Below are positions 19,908 to 29,441 of a DNA stretch of 64,000 bases, one piece after another. The DNA is from an uncultured virus (IMG/VR IMGVR_UViG_3300008267_000234) (lineage: Duplodnaviria; Heunggongvirae; Uroviricota; Caudoviricetes). The DNA lies in the IMG/VR virus record IMGVR_UViG_3300008267_000234; one strand, 5' to 3'. The position numbers and the translations under genes were made by a program. Within the stretch, counting starts at the first letter, position 1. Each line of letters begins with the position of its first letter. Below the pieces are notes generated by a model. The model made no database searches and was not told where the DNA came from. It saw nothing but the letters and a program-made list of their open reading frames with translations.

Positions 19908-20290
19908 AGGTAATCCGGCAGGAAGAACCGGAGCGAAACAGCTATCGCCTCTACGGATTAGGTAAAGGAGATGAGCTGAGGAGAGATGCGATCCGTATAG
20001 GAGATCACCATCGCGTTCAGGTGCTTGCTTGGGAGGTGTCAAACTCACGGGTCCGTTGGAACTCTAAAGAAGCATCCGGCTTCTCTCCAAACAACGGTTC
20101 GCACTCGCCTCCGCAGATCCCTGCGGCGTTTTGCTGTTCACCCGTTCTCCCACACGGGTCGGCGACCTTCCCTTGGAGGAGATTTTCCGAGTGGGGCAGC
20201 AATAGCGTCTCCGGAAGATTCCTGTCCATCGCAGGTTATATGGATGATGGATGACTGGGAACTTTGTTGCACCTCTGGATCAACCCGAAT
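19908..20290 (-). ncRNA. Putative large structured ncRNA, copy 1
   Basis: Colinear similarity to 54820-55222, 20-nt identical core at 20029-20048, multiple compensatory helices; boundaries approximate. Confidence 0.75.
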
Positions 20291-20296
20291 CAATGC

Positions 20297-20428
20297 AAAA
20301 AAGAACCCCCGCCGACTAGAGACTTCGGAAGGGGTTCTTTACCGGATTAGGTCCGGTGTTGAGGGAATCTTGCCGCCAGTCTCTAGTTAGCGCAGGACTT
20401 GCTTACGGCGTGCCGCTACAATCGTCAA
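20297..20428 (-). promoter_or_regulatory. Promoter plus attenuator-type leader upstream of ncRNA copy 1
   Basis: TTGACG -35; ACTAGAGACT (20378-20387) complementary to AGTCTCTAGT (20315-20324) inside a terminator hairpin with U-tract. Confidence 0.65.
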
Positions 20429-20524
20429 GCGGATTCCTTCTGCAAATCCGCATTCGCGTATTTCCGGGATTGACAATGGCTTCCCGGAGATGCACTCTCC
20501 CTGAAACAACCCCGACCACGACCC

Positions 20525-21016
20525 ATGCTTTCCGCTCAATTTATCCCAGGGGGCAACCCCGTCGAGTTCGTCACCACCGGACCCACCAAGCTCGCCCTGC
20601 CTACGGTTGGTGCGCTGCCCGGCGTGACACAGAACAACATCGCAGCATCCACGCTGACGACTGCTGATTCCGGCAAGACGATCTTCCTAAAGCTGGCTGC
20701 CGGGTTTGCGACAACCCTTCCTCTCCCGGAAGCGGGGCTGAGCTTTGAGTTCATCGTCGGGACCGCCCCAAGTTCCGGCTCCTACACCATCGTCACCAGT
20801 GGCTCCGCAAACATCATCAAGGGGCAGGTGTATACCTCCGACTTCAGCGGCACGGTGGACTCTGATATTGAAGTTTCTGGCGGCGACACCGTCACCCTCG
20901 TCACATCAAAGTCCGTTGCTGGCGACCGCGTCGAACTCCGGTGCGACGGAACCAGTTGGTTCGTGTACGGCTTCTGCTCCGTCTTCGACGCCATTACTAT
21001 TACGCAGGCTTCCTAA
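20525..21016 (+). CDS. Virion structural/decoration-like protein (163 aa)
   Basis: LT.ADSG..I...TLP...GL.FEF...GD.VEL.CDGT.W beta-rich module; TTGACA at 20470; own terminator. Confidence 0.6.
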   Translation: MLSAQFIPGGNPVEFVTTGPTKLALPTVGALPGVTQNNIAASTLTTADSGKTIFLKLAAGFATTLPLPEAGLSFEFIVGTAPSSGSYTIVTSGSANIIKGQVYTSDFSGTVDSDIEVSGGDTVTLVTSKSVAGDRVELRCDGTSWFVYGFCSVFDAITITQAS

Positions 21017-21035
21017 TTTCGTGGCCGACATCACG

Positions 21036-21075
21036 AAGCGCCAGTTCAAGACACCCTTGGACTGGCGCTTTTTCT
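21036..21075 (+). terminator. Rho-independent terminator
   Basis: AAGCGCCAGT...ACTGGCGCTTTTT. Confidence 0.8.
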
Positions 21076-21084
21076 TGAACCACC

Positions 21085-22932
21085 ATGCCAGTTCCGATCA
21101 TTCAGAGAAAAGGAGGGCTTTCTCCGAAGCCTCCGCAGTTTGACTACGATTCTTGGGGAGAAGACGAAAACGGGAACATCTACCATGAACTCTACGGGGA
21201 ATGGTGGGACGGCAAGATCGGGTACTCTCGACTGGATATTGAGCTGTCGGCGTACATCCGGGGGCTGAAACCGGAGGATGGGGGCGCAGGGAAATATCAG
21301 CACCTGCGGGAATGCGTTGATCTTCTCTGGAACTCAGACGGAAGGAGCATTGTGGAGTGGAATCCCTGGCTGGAGAAGATGCTGGAGGAGTCGTGCGAAC
21401 ACAACTTCCTTGCAGTCGCCGGATGTTCCTCGTCGTCCAAGTCGTTCGGGGGAGCCATCATCGCCATCGTCAACTTCATTGCGGACCCGGAGAATACCCT
21501 GGTCCTCGTCACCTCAACCTCCATCGGCGCGGCCAAGAAGCGGATCTGGAAGTCCGTCATCCAGCTTTGGAACAAGCTGCCGGAGAAATACCAGAAGCTC
21601 GGGAAGATCAAGCCCAGCTTGAATATGATCCACTACCAGCCGCAGGATGGATCAACGGCACACGACGCCGCCTCAATCACGCTGGTTGCCGCTGAGCAGA
21701 AGCAGGAAGCCTCCGCCGTCCAGAAGCTCGTCGGGTTGAAGAACGAGCGGGTGATCCTGATTGCGGACGAGCTTTGCGAACTCTCACCTGCCGTCCTCCA
21801 GGCATCCGACAACCTGATCTCAAACCCGTGGTTCCAGATGATTGCGATGAGCAATCCAAAGGACCGGGAGGATTCATTCGGTCTGATGTGCGAGCCCGTC
21901 GATGGTTGGTCTTCCTTGGACGAGTCAATGATGGAGTGGGACACGAAGTACGGGAAAGCCATCCGCTTCGACGTTCTTCAGTCTCCAAACTATCTGGAGC
22001 AGGAATGTATTTATAAATACATGCTGACCTACGAGAAGATCGAAAGGTTCCGCAACCAGCATGGGGAAAACTCAGCCCGGTTCTACCGCTTCTACCGAGG
22101 ATTCTTCCCTGTTCAGGGTGCCGAGGATACGATTTATACGGACACGGACTTCAACGCCTTCATGGCAGAGAAGATCAAATGGAAGGGTGAGCCAACGAAG
22201 GTTGCCGGACTGGACTTGTCCTTCTCCTCGGGTGGTGACAAAACCAGTCTGTGTATCTGTCTGTTCGGTGAAAGCGTGGACGGATTAACGTGCCTCCAGT
22301 TTGAGAAGTTCTACCAGATCCACGAGAACGCCGCCGACAAGCTGAACCCGCGAACGGATCAGATTTGTACCGAGGTGAAGAAGATCCTAGACCAAGAAGG
22401 CGTCGGGTATGCGAACGTGGCTGTCGATAATACTGGCGGCGCAGGCACGGTTGATCGACTGACTCAGTTCATGTCTAGGGATCTCATGCGAATCAACTTT
22501 GGCGGCAAGGCTACGGATCGCCCGGTATCTTCCAACGACAGAACTCCGTCGCACAAAAAGTACAAGAATCGCGTTTCCGAACTATGGGGTGTCGGAATTG
22601 AATACTTCCGTGGCGGGCAGCTTGCCGGATTCCGCAAAGACCATGATCTCTGCACCGAGATGAAAGCTCGCCGCTACAACATGGTGAAGGGCGCAGACGG
22701 TGAACGAATGGAGGTTGAGCCAAAGCCGAAGATGAAGCTCCGCATCGGTCGTTCACCCGATAAAGCTGACTCGCTTATGCTTTGCATTGAAGTCTGCCGC
22801 GAGAGATTCCACTGGCGATCCAAAGAACGCGGGCTGGCAGTGTTGCCTAAAAAGGATTTCTATGATGTAATGCGGAAGCTGGATGTGGTGAGTAGATCGA
22901 ATGGCGGTGGCGATTGGATGGCTATTGCTTGA
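21085..22932 (+). CDS. terL: Terminase large subunit
   Basis: Variant Walker A AGCSSSSKS, Walker B ILIADE, motif III MSNP, RNase H-like GLD..GGD, AVD, RSPDKADSL. Confidence 0.9.
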   Translation: MPVPIIQRKGGLSPKPPQFDYDSWGEDENGNIYHELYGEWWDGKIGYSRLDIELSAYIRGLKPEDGGAGKYQHLRECVDLLWNSDGRSIVEWNPWLEKMLEESCEHNFLAVAGCSSSSKSFGGAIIAIVNFIADPENTLVLVTSTSIGAAKKRIWKSVIQLWNKLPEKYQKLGKIKPSLNMIHYQPQDGSTAHDAASITLVAAEQKQEASAVQKLVGLKNERVILIADELCELSPAVLQASDNLISNPWFQMIAMSNPKDREDSFGLMCEPVDGWSSLDESMMEWDTKYGKAIRFDVLQSPNYLEQECIYKYMLTYEKIERFRNQHGENSARFYRFYRGFFPVQGAEDTIYTDTDFNAFMAEKIKWKGEPTKVAGLDLSFSSGGDKTSLCICLFGESVDGLTCLQFEKFYQIHENAADKLNPRTDQICTEVKKILDQEGVGYANVAVDNTGGAGTVDRLTQFMSRDLMRINFGGKATDRPVSSNDRTPSHKKYKNRVSELWGVGIEYFRGGQLAGFRKDHDLCTEMKARRYNMVKGADGERMEVEPKPKMKLRIGRSPDKADSLMLCIEVCRERFHWRSKERGLAVLPKKDFYDVMRKLDVVSRSNGGGDWMAIA

Positions 22933-22967
22933 CTTTACTCAGATACGTATTAAGCCTACAATCAGAA

Positions 22968-25319
22968 ATGACTTCATCGCGTGCCGACTTGCTACTAGAG
23001 AACATCCCGGATGACGAATCTCCGGCACCAGAGGAGCGGATCAAAAACGCATCGACGGGACGAGAATTCTACCGTGCGATGCTTCAAGCGGACAGGGCAT
23101 CTGCCGCGCAACGGGTTCGACATCAGTCAATGCTGGATGGTGAACCGCCACACGATCAGGCTGTCCTTGCCGCTACCGGGCAGGGAAGTATGACAAACCT
23201 CAACTGGGGTGATGCGGAAAACATTGTTGAGTACACGAAGTCCGGGATGATCGACTTGGTGAACTCAGTGGAGAACCTTGTCCGCACACCATTGCTGGCT
23301 CAGTATTTCGAGGATGAGGAACAAAGGCGCGAGTATGAACAGACGTTGGCAGAGGAAATCACCAAGACGTTCCGCCGCTGGGAAGGGTTTGATTTCAACT
23401 ACCAGAACCTGATCCATCACTGGCTCTGCTTTGGCGTTGGCATCGGCTACTGGGAAGACTCCATCGACTGGCGCTGGAAGACAACCGGGCTGTCAGACTT
23501 CTGCATTCCACGGCAGACTCTTGCTTCCGAAGAGAGGATCACCGTCGCTGGATGCCGCCGCAGGTACGAACTCCATGAACTTTACGAGAAGATTCGCGAT
23601 GAAGCCCGTGCTGAAAAGATGGGCTGGAATGTTCAAGCGGTGAAGCAGGCGATGCTGCGTGCGGATCATCCATCTGGCTCAACATCCGCATGGTCGGAGA
23701 CAGAATGGGAACGACTTCAAGCGCAGTTCAAGAACAACGACCTCGGAGCAACTGCTGCTGGTCGCACGCAGACTGTCGAAATGATTCACCTTTGGGTGCA
23801 AGAGTTTGACGGTTCTGTCTCCATGTACCTCGTCTCCGACAACCCACTTCAAGAAGACGGGAAGCAAGATCCATGGATGTACGTTCGTCGCCATGAATAT
23901 CCGGCAGTGCGGAATGCGTTCACGTTCTTCTGCTACGGCATCGGGACCAATGGAAGCTACCACTCCATCTCGGGCATTCTCCGTAAAATCTACCCACAGG
24001 TACAGGTCTCCAACCGTCTCCGCTCCAAGCTGGTTGATGCCGCCGCTATGTCGTCCGGCGTGATGCTCCAGCCACTCAACGAGACATCCTACGATAAGAT
24101 CGTCTACACCACGCTCGGGCCATACACAATGCTTCCAGCAAAGGACATTGCCGAGTACGTCGAACGGGCATCTCCGAATCTCGGGAACAACGTCACGCCT
24201 GTTCTTGCGGACATGGAGCGGACGATGAACCAGCGGGCAGGGCAATTCCAAGGCGGCTCCGCTTTCGGTGGCAGTCAAGAAAAGACCCGCTTCCAAGTTC
24301 AGGCAGAACTCGAAACACTCTCCCGCGTTGGCGCAACACAGCTCAATCTGTTTTACCCATCATGGGCAAGACTGATGCAGGAAGCCGTGCGCCGCCTCTG
24401 CCGGGTTGGATATTCAGACGCATCGCCTGGAGGCAAGGAAGCCGCCGATTTCCGCAGGCGACTTGCTCGTCGTGGATTCCCTGTCGAGATCCTTGAAGTC
24501 GTTGACTTTGATGCCGTCACCTGTGAGCGGGCAATCGGCTCCGGCTCCATGGTTCAGCGTAACGCCATGCTGGACGACATCGCCCCATACGCAGGCAGCT
24601 TTGATGAAGCGGGGCGGCACAACTGGATGCGGGACCGTGTCGCTGGCGCTCTCAAATCCTACGAGGTGGCAAACAGGTACATTGATCGGATGCCAGGGGA
24701 TCAGCGTCCGCCAGTAGACAAGAAGATTGCTGAGTTGCAGAACTTCGTCATGCGCTCCGGCTCGCCAATTCCAGTGGAGCCAAATGATATGCACGTCGTC
24801 CATCTGGACACGCACATTCCGTTCATTGCACAGATCCTCAACGACGTGGAAACCGGAGCGCTCAGCCTTGAAGAAGCCGTGCAGCCACTGCTCATCATCC
24901 ACGAACACTGCATCAATCACCTGTCGATTCTCTCCAATGATCCGACAGTCGAGTCAAAGGTCGCTGAGTACAATCAGGCTCTACAGCAAGCCGGGGAGAT
25001 TATCTGGAACGGCACGAAGAAGATTGAAGCCGCGCAGAAACGGGCCGCGCAAGAACAGCAGGCTCAGCCGCAGGAAGGACAGAATCCAGAAGCTGCCCAA
25101 AAAGCAGAGGAAATCAATTCCGAGATGCAGCGCAAGATCATTGAATTCCAAGTGAAGATCAAGGGGATGAATGACATCAGTGATGCCAAGCGCCAGAACA
25201 TGCTTGCGGATGCAGCCGTTAAGCGGAGGATTGAAATCGAAAAAGCCCAGCAAGGCGCGGCTTTGAAGGATGCAACCACGGCAGCGGAACTCCTCTCGAA
25301 ATCACGAACAATGCAATAA
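22968..25319 (+). CDS. Portal protein (783 aa)
   Basis: Size, position after terL, helical with Q-rich C-terminus; start ATG 22968. Confidence 0.8.
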   Translation: MTSSRADLLLENIPDDESPAPEERIKNASTGREFYRAMLQADRASAAQRVRHQSMLDGEPPHDQAVLAATGQGSMTNLNWGDAENIVEYTKSGMIDLVNSVENLVRTPLLAQYFEDEEQRREYEQTLAEEITKTFRRWEGFDFNYQNLIHHWLCFGVGIGYWEDSIDWRWKTTGLSDFCIPRQTLASEERITVAGCRRRYELHELYEKIRDEARAEKMGWNVQAVKQAMLRADHPSGSTSAWSETEWERLQAQFKNNDLGATAAGRTQTVEMIHLWVQEFDGSVSMYLVSDNPLQEDGKQDPWMYVRRHEYPAVRNAFTFFCYGIGTNGSYHSISGILRKIYPQVQVSNRLRSKLVDAAAMSSGVMLQPLNETSYDKIVYTTLGPYTMLPAKDIAEYVERASPNLGNNVTPVLADMERTMNQRAGQFQGGSAFGGSQEKTRFQVQAELETLSRVGATQLNLFYPSWARLMQEAVRRLCRVGYSDASPGGKEAADFRRRLARRGFPVEILEVVDFDAVTCERAIGSGSMVQRNAMLDDIAPYAGSFDEAGRHNWMRDRVAGALKSYEVANRYIDRMPGDQRPPVDKKIAELQNFVMRSGSPIPVEPNDMHVVHLDTHIPFIAQILNDVETGALSLEEAVQPLLIIHEHCINHLSILSNDPTVESKVAEYNQALQQAGEIIWNGTKKIEAAQKRAAQEQQAQPQEGQNPEAAQKAEEINSEMQRKIIEFQVKIKGMNDISDAKRQNMLADAAVKRRIEIEKAQQGAALKDATTAAELLSKSRTMQ

Positions 25320-25322
25320 CGA

Positions 25323-25631
25323 ATGGACATCAAAAAGCGAATCGCAGAACTCAAACAAGACTTCAAATCTAATGCAATCCTCCGAGCCGAATGGGACACA
25401 ATTAGGCATTCGGTCGCATACGGGAAAATATCGGAACTCGTATTCCTTACGAGTGCAGATGCACTGTCAAAAGTCTCTTCAGCGCAGCACGACATTGTGG
25501 CAGCAAGGGAGCTGTTCAAACACCAAGCAGTTCAAGAAGTCTTCAGGGCGCTGAACGAAGTCCACATCCCAGAACCGGAGAAGACTCCAATCCCTGCTGC
25601 GTGGGAGCATATCACCGCAGATCCTGAGTAA
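25323..25631 (+). CDS. Small head-module protein (102 aa)
   Basis: Between portal and scaffold. Confidence 0.7.
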   Translation: MDIKKRIAELKQDFKSNAILRAEWDTIRHSVAYGKISELVFLTSADALSKVSSAQHDIVAARELFKHQAVQEVFRALNEVHIPEPEKTPIPAAWEHITADPE

Positions 25632-25654
25632 TTTAGCCGAACCACCACAGACCA

Positions 25655-26809
25655 ATGGAATCACCATCCGCCATCGTATCGTCCGACCCTGGAGACTTTC
25701 TCTCCGTTATCAACGCCGCCATCGACAACCCGACCGAGGTTGCCGAAACGCCAGCCGCGCAGGAAGAAGTCTCGCCAGCACTGGATCTGAAGCCGTCCAC
25801 GCCAAAGGAATCGAAGTCCACGGAAACCAAGAAAGGAGCAGATGCCCTGCTTGGTGATGAGGAATCCACAGAGGAAGCCGCCGAGACGGATGAGGCTGAT
25901 GATACCCCAGACGAGATTAAGGAGGACAAGAAAGCCGCGTATAAGTGGGGCGAACTGCGGGCCGAAGCCAAGCAGGCGAAGGTTCTCGCCAAGGAAGTCG
26001 AGCAACTGAAGGCGCAACTGGCTGAGCGTGAGAAGCTGCGTGATGCCGATCCGCTGAAGCAGGAAGCAGAAGAACTGCGAAAGAAGTACGACGACCTTGA
26101 GAAGGAAGCCTACGTCTGGAAGATTGAGAAGACATCCGCATGGAAGAACGAAGTCGAGAAGCCAATCGCGATTATTCGTGAAGGCATCGAAAACATCGCC
26201 AAGGAGTACGAGGTGTCAGAGGAGTTGCTCTTTGAGGCATTCGCTGACGGCAATATGAAGTCCCGCGCCGAGAAGTTCGACCAAATCTTTGAGCATCTGC
26301 CACGGATCGTGCAAAACGAACTCGCCCGCTTGGATGCTGCCGCGACAGATGTCTCGCGCCGGAAGGCGGAACTGGAGTCGAACGCAGAGCAGGCTTACAA
26401 GGAACTCACTCAGCGGGAAACGGAGACGACCGAAAAGCAGAAGCTGGAATCCAAGGCCGCGCAGTTGCGGGCAATCGAATCCGACATGGCGAAGATCAAG
26501 AAGGTCGCCGCGAACTTTGTCTATGACGACTCGCCTCCAGAGAATGTCATCCGCGAGATCGAACAGGAAGTCGGCGCTACCTCGTTTGAGGACATGACGA
26601 CAGAGGAGAAAGCGTTCGCGATCATTGCATCGGCGGCACTTCCAAAGATGAACAAGACGGTCGTTGAGCTTCGGAAACAGATTGCTGGCTACAAGAAAGA
26701 GATCGCGCAAATCACCAATTCACGCCCCGGTGGCGCTGCATCTGCATCCAATTCCGCGAAAGGACAGCCGGACGGGAAGGGATTCCTAGAGGCAATCGGC
26801 ATTGCCTGA
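25655..26809 (+). CDS. Capsid scaffolding protein candidate
   Basis: Acidic disordered N-terminus, long E/K coiled coil, directly before capsid gene. Confidence 0.75.
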   Translation: MESPSAIVSSDPGDFLSVINAAIDNPTEVAETPAAQEEVSPALDLKPSTPKESKSTETKKGADALLGDEESTEEAAETDEADDTPDEIKEDKKAAYKWGELRAEAKQAKVLAKEVEQLKAQLAEREKLRDADPLKQEAEELRKKYDDLEKEAYVWKIEKTSAWKNEVEKPIAIIREGIENIAKEYEVSEELLFEAFADGNMKSRAEKFDQIFEHLPRIVQNELARLDAAATDVSRRKAELESNAEQAYKELTQRETETTEKQKLESKAAQLRAIESDMAKIKKVAANFVYDDSPPENVIREIEQEVGATSFEDMTTEEKAFAIIASAALPKMNKTVVELRKQIAGYKKEIAQITNSRPGGAASASNSAKGQPDGKGFLEAIGIA

Positions 26810-26828
26810 TTTACACCCAGCCATGGGT

Positions 26829-26866
26829 GCCCGCCATGTGTTTACAGACACTGGCGGGCTTTTTGT
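26829..26866 (+). terminator. Terminator after scaffold gene
   Basis: GCCCGCCA...TGGCGGGCTTTTT. Confidence 0.8.
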
Positions 26867-26867
26867 G

Positions 26868-27062
26868 TTGACAAAACGCAAGTACGCATACACGTATCTG
26901 TGCGCCATCCAGAAGGCGAGAATCTACTGGGAAACCAACCTGAGCATAAACAACCGTCCGACTTCGGATGCGTGCTTTCCCCGGCTCAAGGAGAGGAAAA
27001 CAACCAATTCCTGATACCAGGAAGAAACCTCGTTCCTTCAACCCCAATAGACAACAAGCACT
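26868..27062 (+). promoter_or_regulatory. Capsid promoter, operator and structured 5' leader
   Basis: TTGACA 26868; TACGCatacACGTA 26883; several hairpins before ATG 27063. Confidence 0.65.
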
Positions 27063-28673
27063 ATGGCAGCTACTACCGTACCAGCAACCTCTACAACTGG
27101 GTCGCAAATCATTCAGCAGAACTTCATCAACGAATCCGGTCGGATCGGTGAAGGTCTTTTCCGTTACGCCTACGATACCTCCCCTTGGGCGCGTATCGTT
27201 AAGCGTGGACTCTGGCCAGACGGAATGGGTGATTCCATTCGCGTTCTGAACTACGAGCGTGCGCTCGCAGGCACTACCGGAAAAGGCACTTGGTCCAATC
27301 ACCGGGCTCACGGGTTCTCTTCCGCCGCTACCACGAACAGCCCTCCAGACATCAGCACTAGTCGCGGTCTTCCTACGGCTTCCGTCGTCCAAGTGACACA
27401 GCGTCTCCGCGAATACAACTTGGCGTGGACCGCTGTTGAATCCATGCGGATTGACGTTCGTGATGCTGCCTTCTCGTTCCAGTTCAAGGAGCAGATGAAG
27501 ACGCTCTATGACTGCTTGCTTGATGCTGGTATGCGTGTCTGGAGCTATCGCACCCGCGAGGAATACTTCCGCCTCTGTGCGAACAAGGTCGTCATCGGTA
27601 CGCCTGAGTCCGGTCAGCTTAACTCGCTTGCCGATGTGTCTGTCACTGGCGCTACGGACTTCGCTACGCTGACTGGTTTCTCGCTGGCGAACCTGAATAT
27701 GACTGGCGCAGCTCCATCCGGTGGCTTCTCCACGAAGCATTCAGTTCTGACTGGCGGTGTCCTTCGCGACATCTACGCTCGCCTCTGCCGGAACGGTGCA
27801 GGCAAGAACTCTGGCGGCATGAGCGACGGCGCTCCGGTGTTCCCGCTCCTTACGTCTCCAGAAACGTCCGACTACCTCATCCGTGAGGCTGGCACGCGGA
27901 ACGATCTGCGCTGGGGTAACTCTGGCGAGCTTCTGAAGCCACTCGGCGTGACTCGCTCCCTCTGCGGATACAGCCACGTCCTTGACCACGAAGTCCCTCG
28001 TTTCACGCTGGCGATCAATAGCTCGGTCTACGACTTCACAGAAGTTCCTCCGTGGGCGTACCAGGCAGGCAGTATCAGTACGGCGATTACTAATGCGACC
28101 GGAAGCGTTGGACCGCCCATCACGAACACGACCTTGACGGTCGATTCAACTGTTGGGTTGGTGACTGGATCGGTTGTTACAATCTCCGCAACTTCTGCGA
28201 ATGATTCTGAATACAACGGAACATGGCGGGTTCTTTCCGTCGTCAGCGCCACAAGCGTTATCATCGACTGCCCGTATTCGGTGGATACGCCGCTCACCGG
28301 ATTCTTGACGACGAACACCAACGGTCAAGCTGGCTGGGTTGAAAACCCCGCATACCACACGGCTCCATACGAGATGTCCTTCATCCTTCACCCAGAAGTG
28401 ATGGAAGCCCTCACGCGGAATGCGACGACCAGCCTCGGCGCTGGGACGAACTTCGATCCGACCACTCGGATCGGAGACTTCAACTGGCAGAACATCCGCA
28501 ACGAAACGACCAACCCAGATGGTACGTTCGGATACTTCCGAGGCATCATGGAGTTCGCCAGCAAGCCGATGAAGACCCAGTACGGCTGGGCTATCATCCA
28601 TCGCCGCCCAGATCCGACCGTCCTCGCTGCCCCGTCCATCAGTGTGACGAGTGGCCTCGGACTCACCGCATAA
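27063..28673 (+). CDS. Major capsid protein with inserted beta-rich domain
   Basis: Position after scaffold, strong codon bias, own promoter and terminator; NP.Y..A.YE and NPDGTFGYF motifs. Confidence 0.8.
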   Translation: MAATTVPATSTTGSQIIQQNFINESGRIGEGLFRYAYDTSPWARIVKRGLWPDGMGDSIRVLNYERALAGTTGKGTWSNHRAHGFSSAATTNSPPDISTSRGLPTASVVQVTQRLREYNLAWTAVESMRIDVRDAAFSFQFKEQMKTLYDCLLDAGMRVWSYRTREEYFRLCANKVVIGTPESGQLNSLADVSVTGATDFATLTGFSLANLNMTGAAPSGGFSTKHSVLTGGVLRDIYARLCRNGAGKNSGGMSDGAPVFPLLTSPETSDYLIREAGTRNDLRWGNSGELLKPLGVTRSLCGYSHVLDHEVPRFTLAINSSVYDFTEVPPWAYQAGSISTAITNATGSVGPPITNTTLTVDSTVGLVTGSVVTISATSANDSEYNGTWRVLSVVSATSVIIDCPYSVDTPLTGFLTTNTNGQAGWVENPAYHTAPYEMSFILHPEVMEALTRNATTSLGAGTNFDPTTRIGDFNWQNIRNETTNPDGTFGYFRGIMEFASKPMKTQYGWAIIHRRPDPTVLAAPSISVTSGLGLTA

Positions 28674-28696
28674 TCTGGTGGTGGTTCACTAGAACT

Positions 28697-28728
28697 GGGG
28701 GTGTCAGCCAAGTAGGCTGGCACCCCTG
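28697..28728 (+). terminator. Hairpin after capsid gene
   Basis: GGGGTGTCAGCC-AAGTA-GGCTGGCACCCC. Confidence 0.65.
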
Positions 28729-28749
28729 CTCTAAACCGAAACTCTTACA

Positions 28750-29103
28750 ATGGCAGCACCCCATACAGCAAACGACGAGCAAGTCATTGCGAATGGACTC
28801 GCTCAAGCGATGGGGAAAACGGGTGCGCCAAGGATTTACAATTACGGTTCACCAAGCCCTCAGTTTCCAATCGCGGCAATCTACTGTGTTCAGGACTGCG
28901 TGCTTTTTGGTCTTAGTTTTTATGTAAACGAGAACAGCGTAATGTATAACGCAAAAGAAAACCAAGAGATTTCTGTTGATGTGGCAGGAGAGAGCGGTGG
29001 GAATATATCAAGTATTGCAGTTATCCCGGCGGGAACAATCATCAGGGGAAATATCTATTCATTTACTTTAGACTCAGGACTACTAATCGCATACCCAGCA
29101 TAA
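28750..29103 (+). CDS. Small virion protein, paralog A
   Basis: Shares AQ.MGKTGAP.IYN and C-terminal GNI....SG.L..Y.A with next gene. Confidence 0.75.
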   Translation: MAAPHTANDEQVIANGLAQAMGKTGAPRIYNYGSPSPQFPIAAIYCVQDCVLFGLSFYVNENSVMYNAKENQEISVDVAGESGGNISSIAVIPAGTIIRGNIYSFTLDSGLLIAYPA

Positions 29104-29107
29104 TACC

Positions 29108-29440
29108 ATGGCAGTTCCATACTCAGCACCACATCAGCAAATCACATCCAATGCGATTGCTCAATTCATGGGCAAGACTGGCGCTCCAGTAATCTACAAC
29201 GGAGCCGCAGCCTCGCCGCCAGCCGGATCGTACTGTGGGATCTTCTTCATTGCCGACACGGTCCTTACATCACTCCGCTTTTGGGAGGCTGGCAGAGCAG
29301 ACGTAACAACCGATGCTTCCGTAAACAACGTAGTCGGCGGCTCACTCGCCGGGATTACTTTCAAGGCGAACTCTTGGCTCTTCGGAAACATCAACGATCT
29401 TGTGATCTCATCCGGAACTCTACTCCTTTACAAAGCCTGA
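29108..29440 (+). CDS. Small virion protein, paralog B
   Basis: Paralog of previous gene. Confidence 0.75.
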   Translation: MAVPYSAPHQQITSNAIAQFMGKTGAPVIYNGAAASPPAGSYCGIFFIADTVLTSLRFWEAGRADVTTDASVNNVVGGSLAGITFKANSWLFGNINDLVISSGTLLLYKA

Positions 29441-29441
29441 T

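Noticed and set aside
19851..20229. ORFs 19851-20048, 20017-20229 and 54788-55003 as a conserved protein (shared EFDTSQ)
   Set aside because: The match comes from the 20-nt identical core; frames, starts and stops are not conserved between copies while base pairing is.
21415..21445. Inactive terminase because Walker A reads SSSSKS
   Set aside because: Terminase Walker A motifs are often deviant; Lys-Ser, Walker B and nuclease acidic residues are intact.
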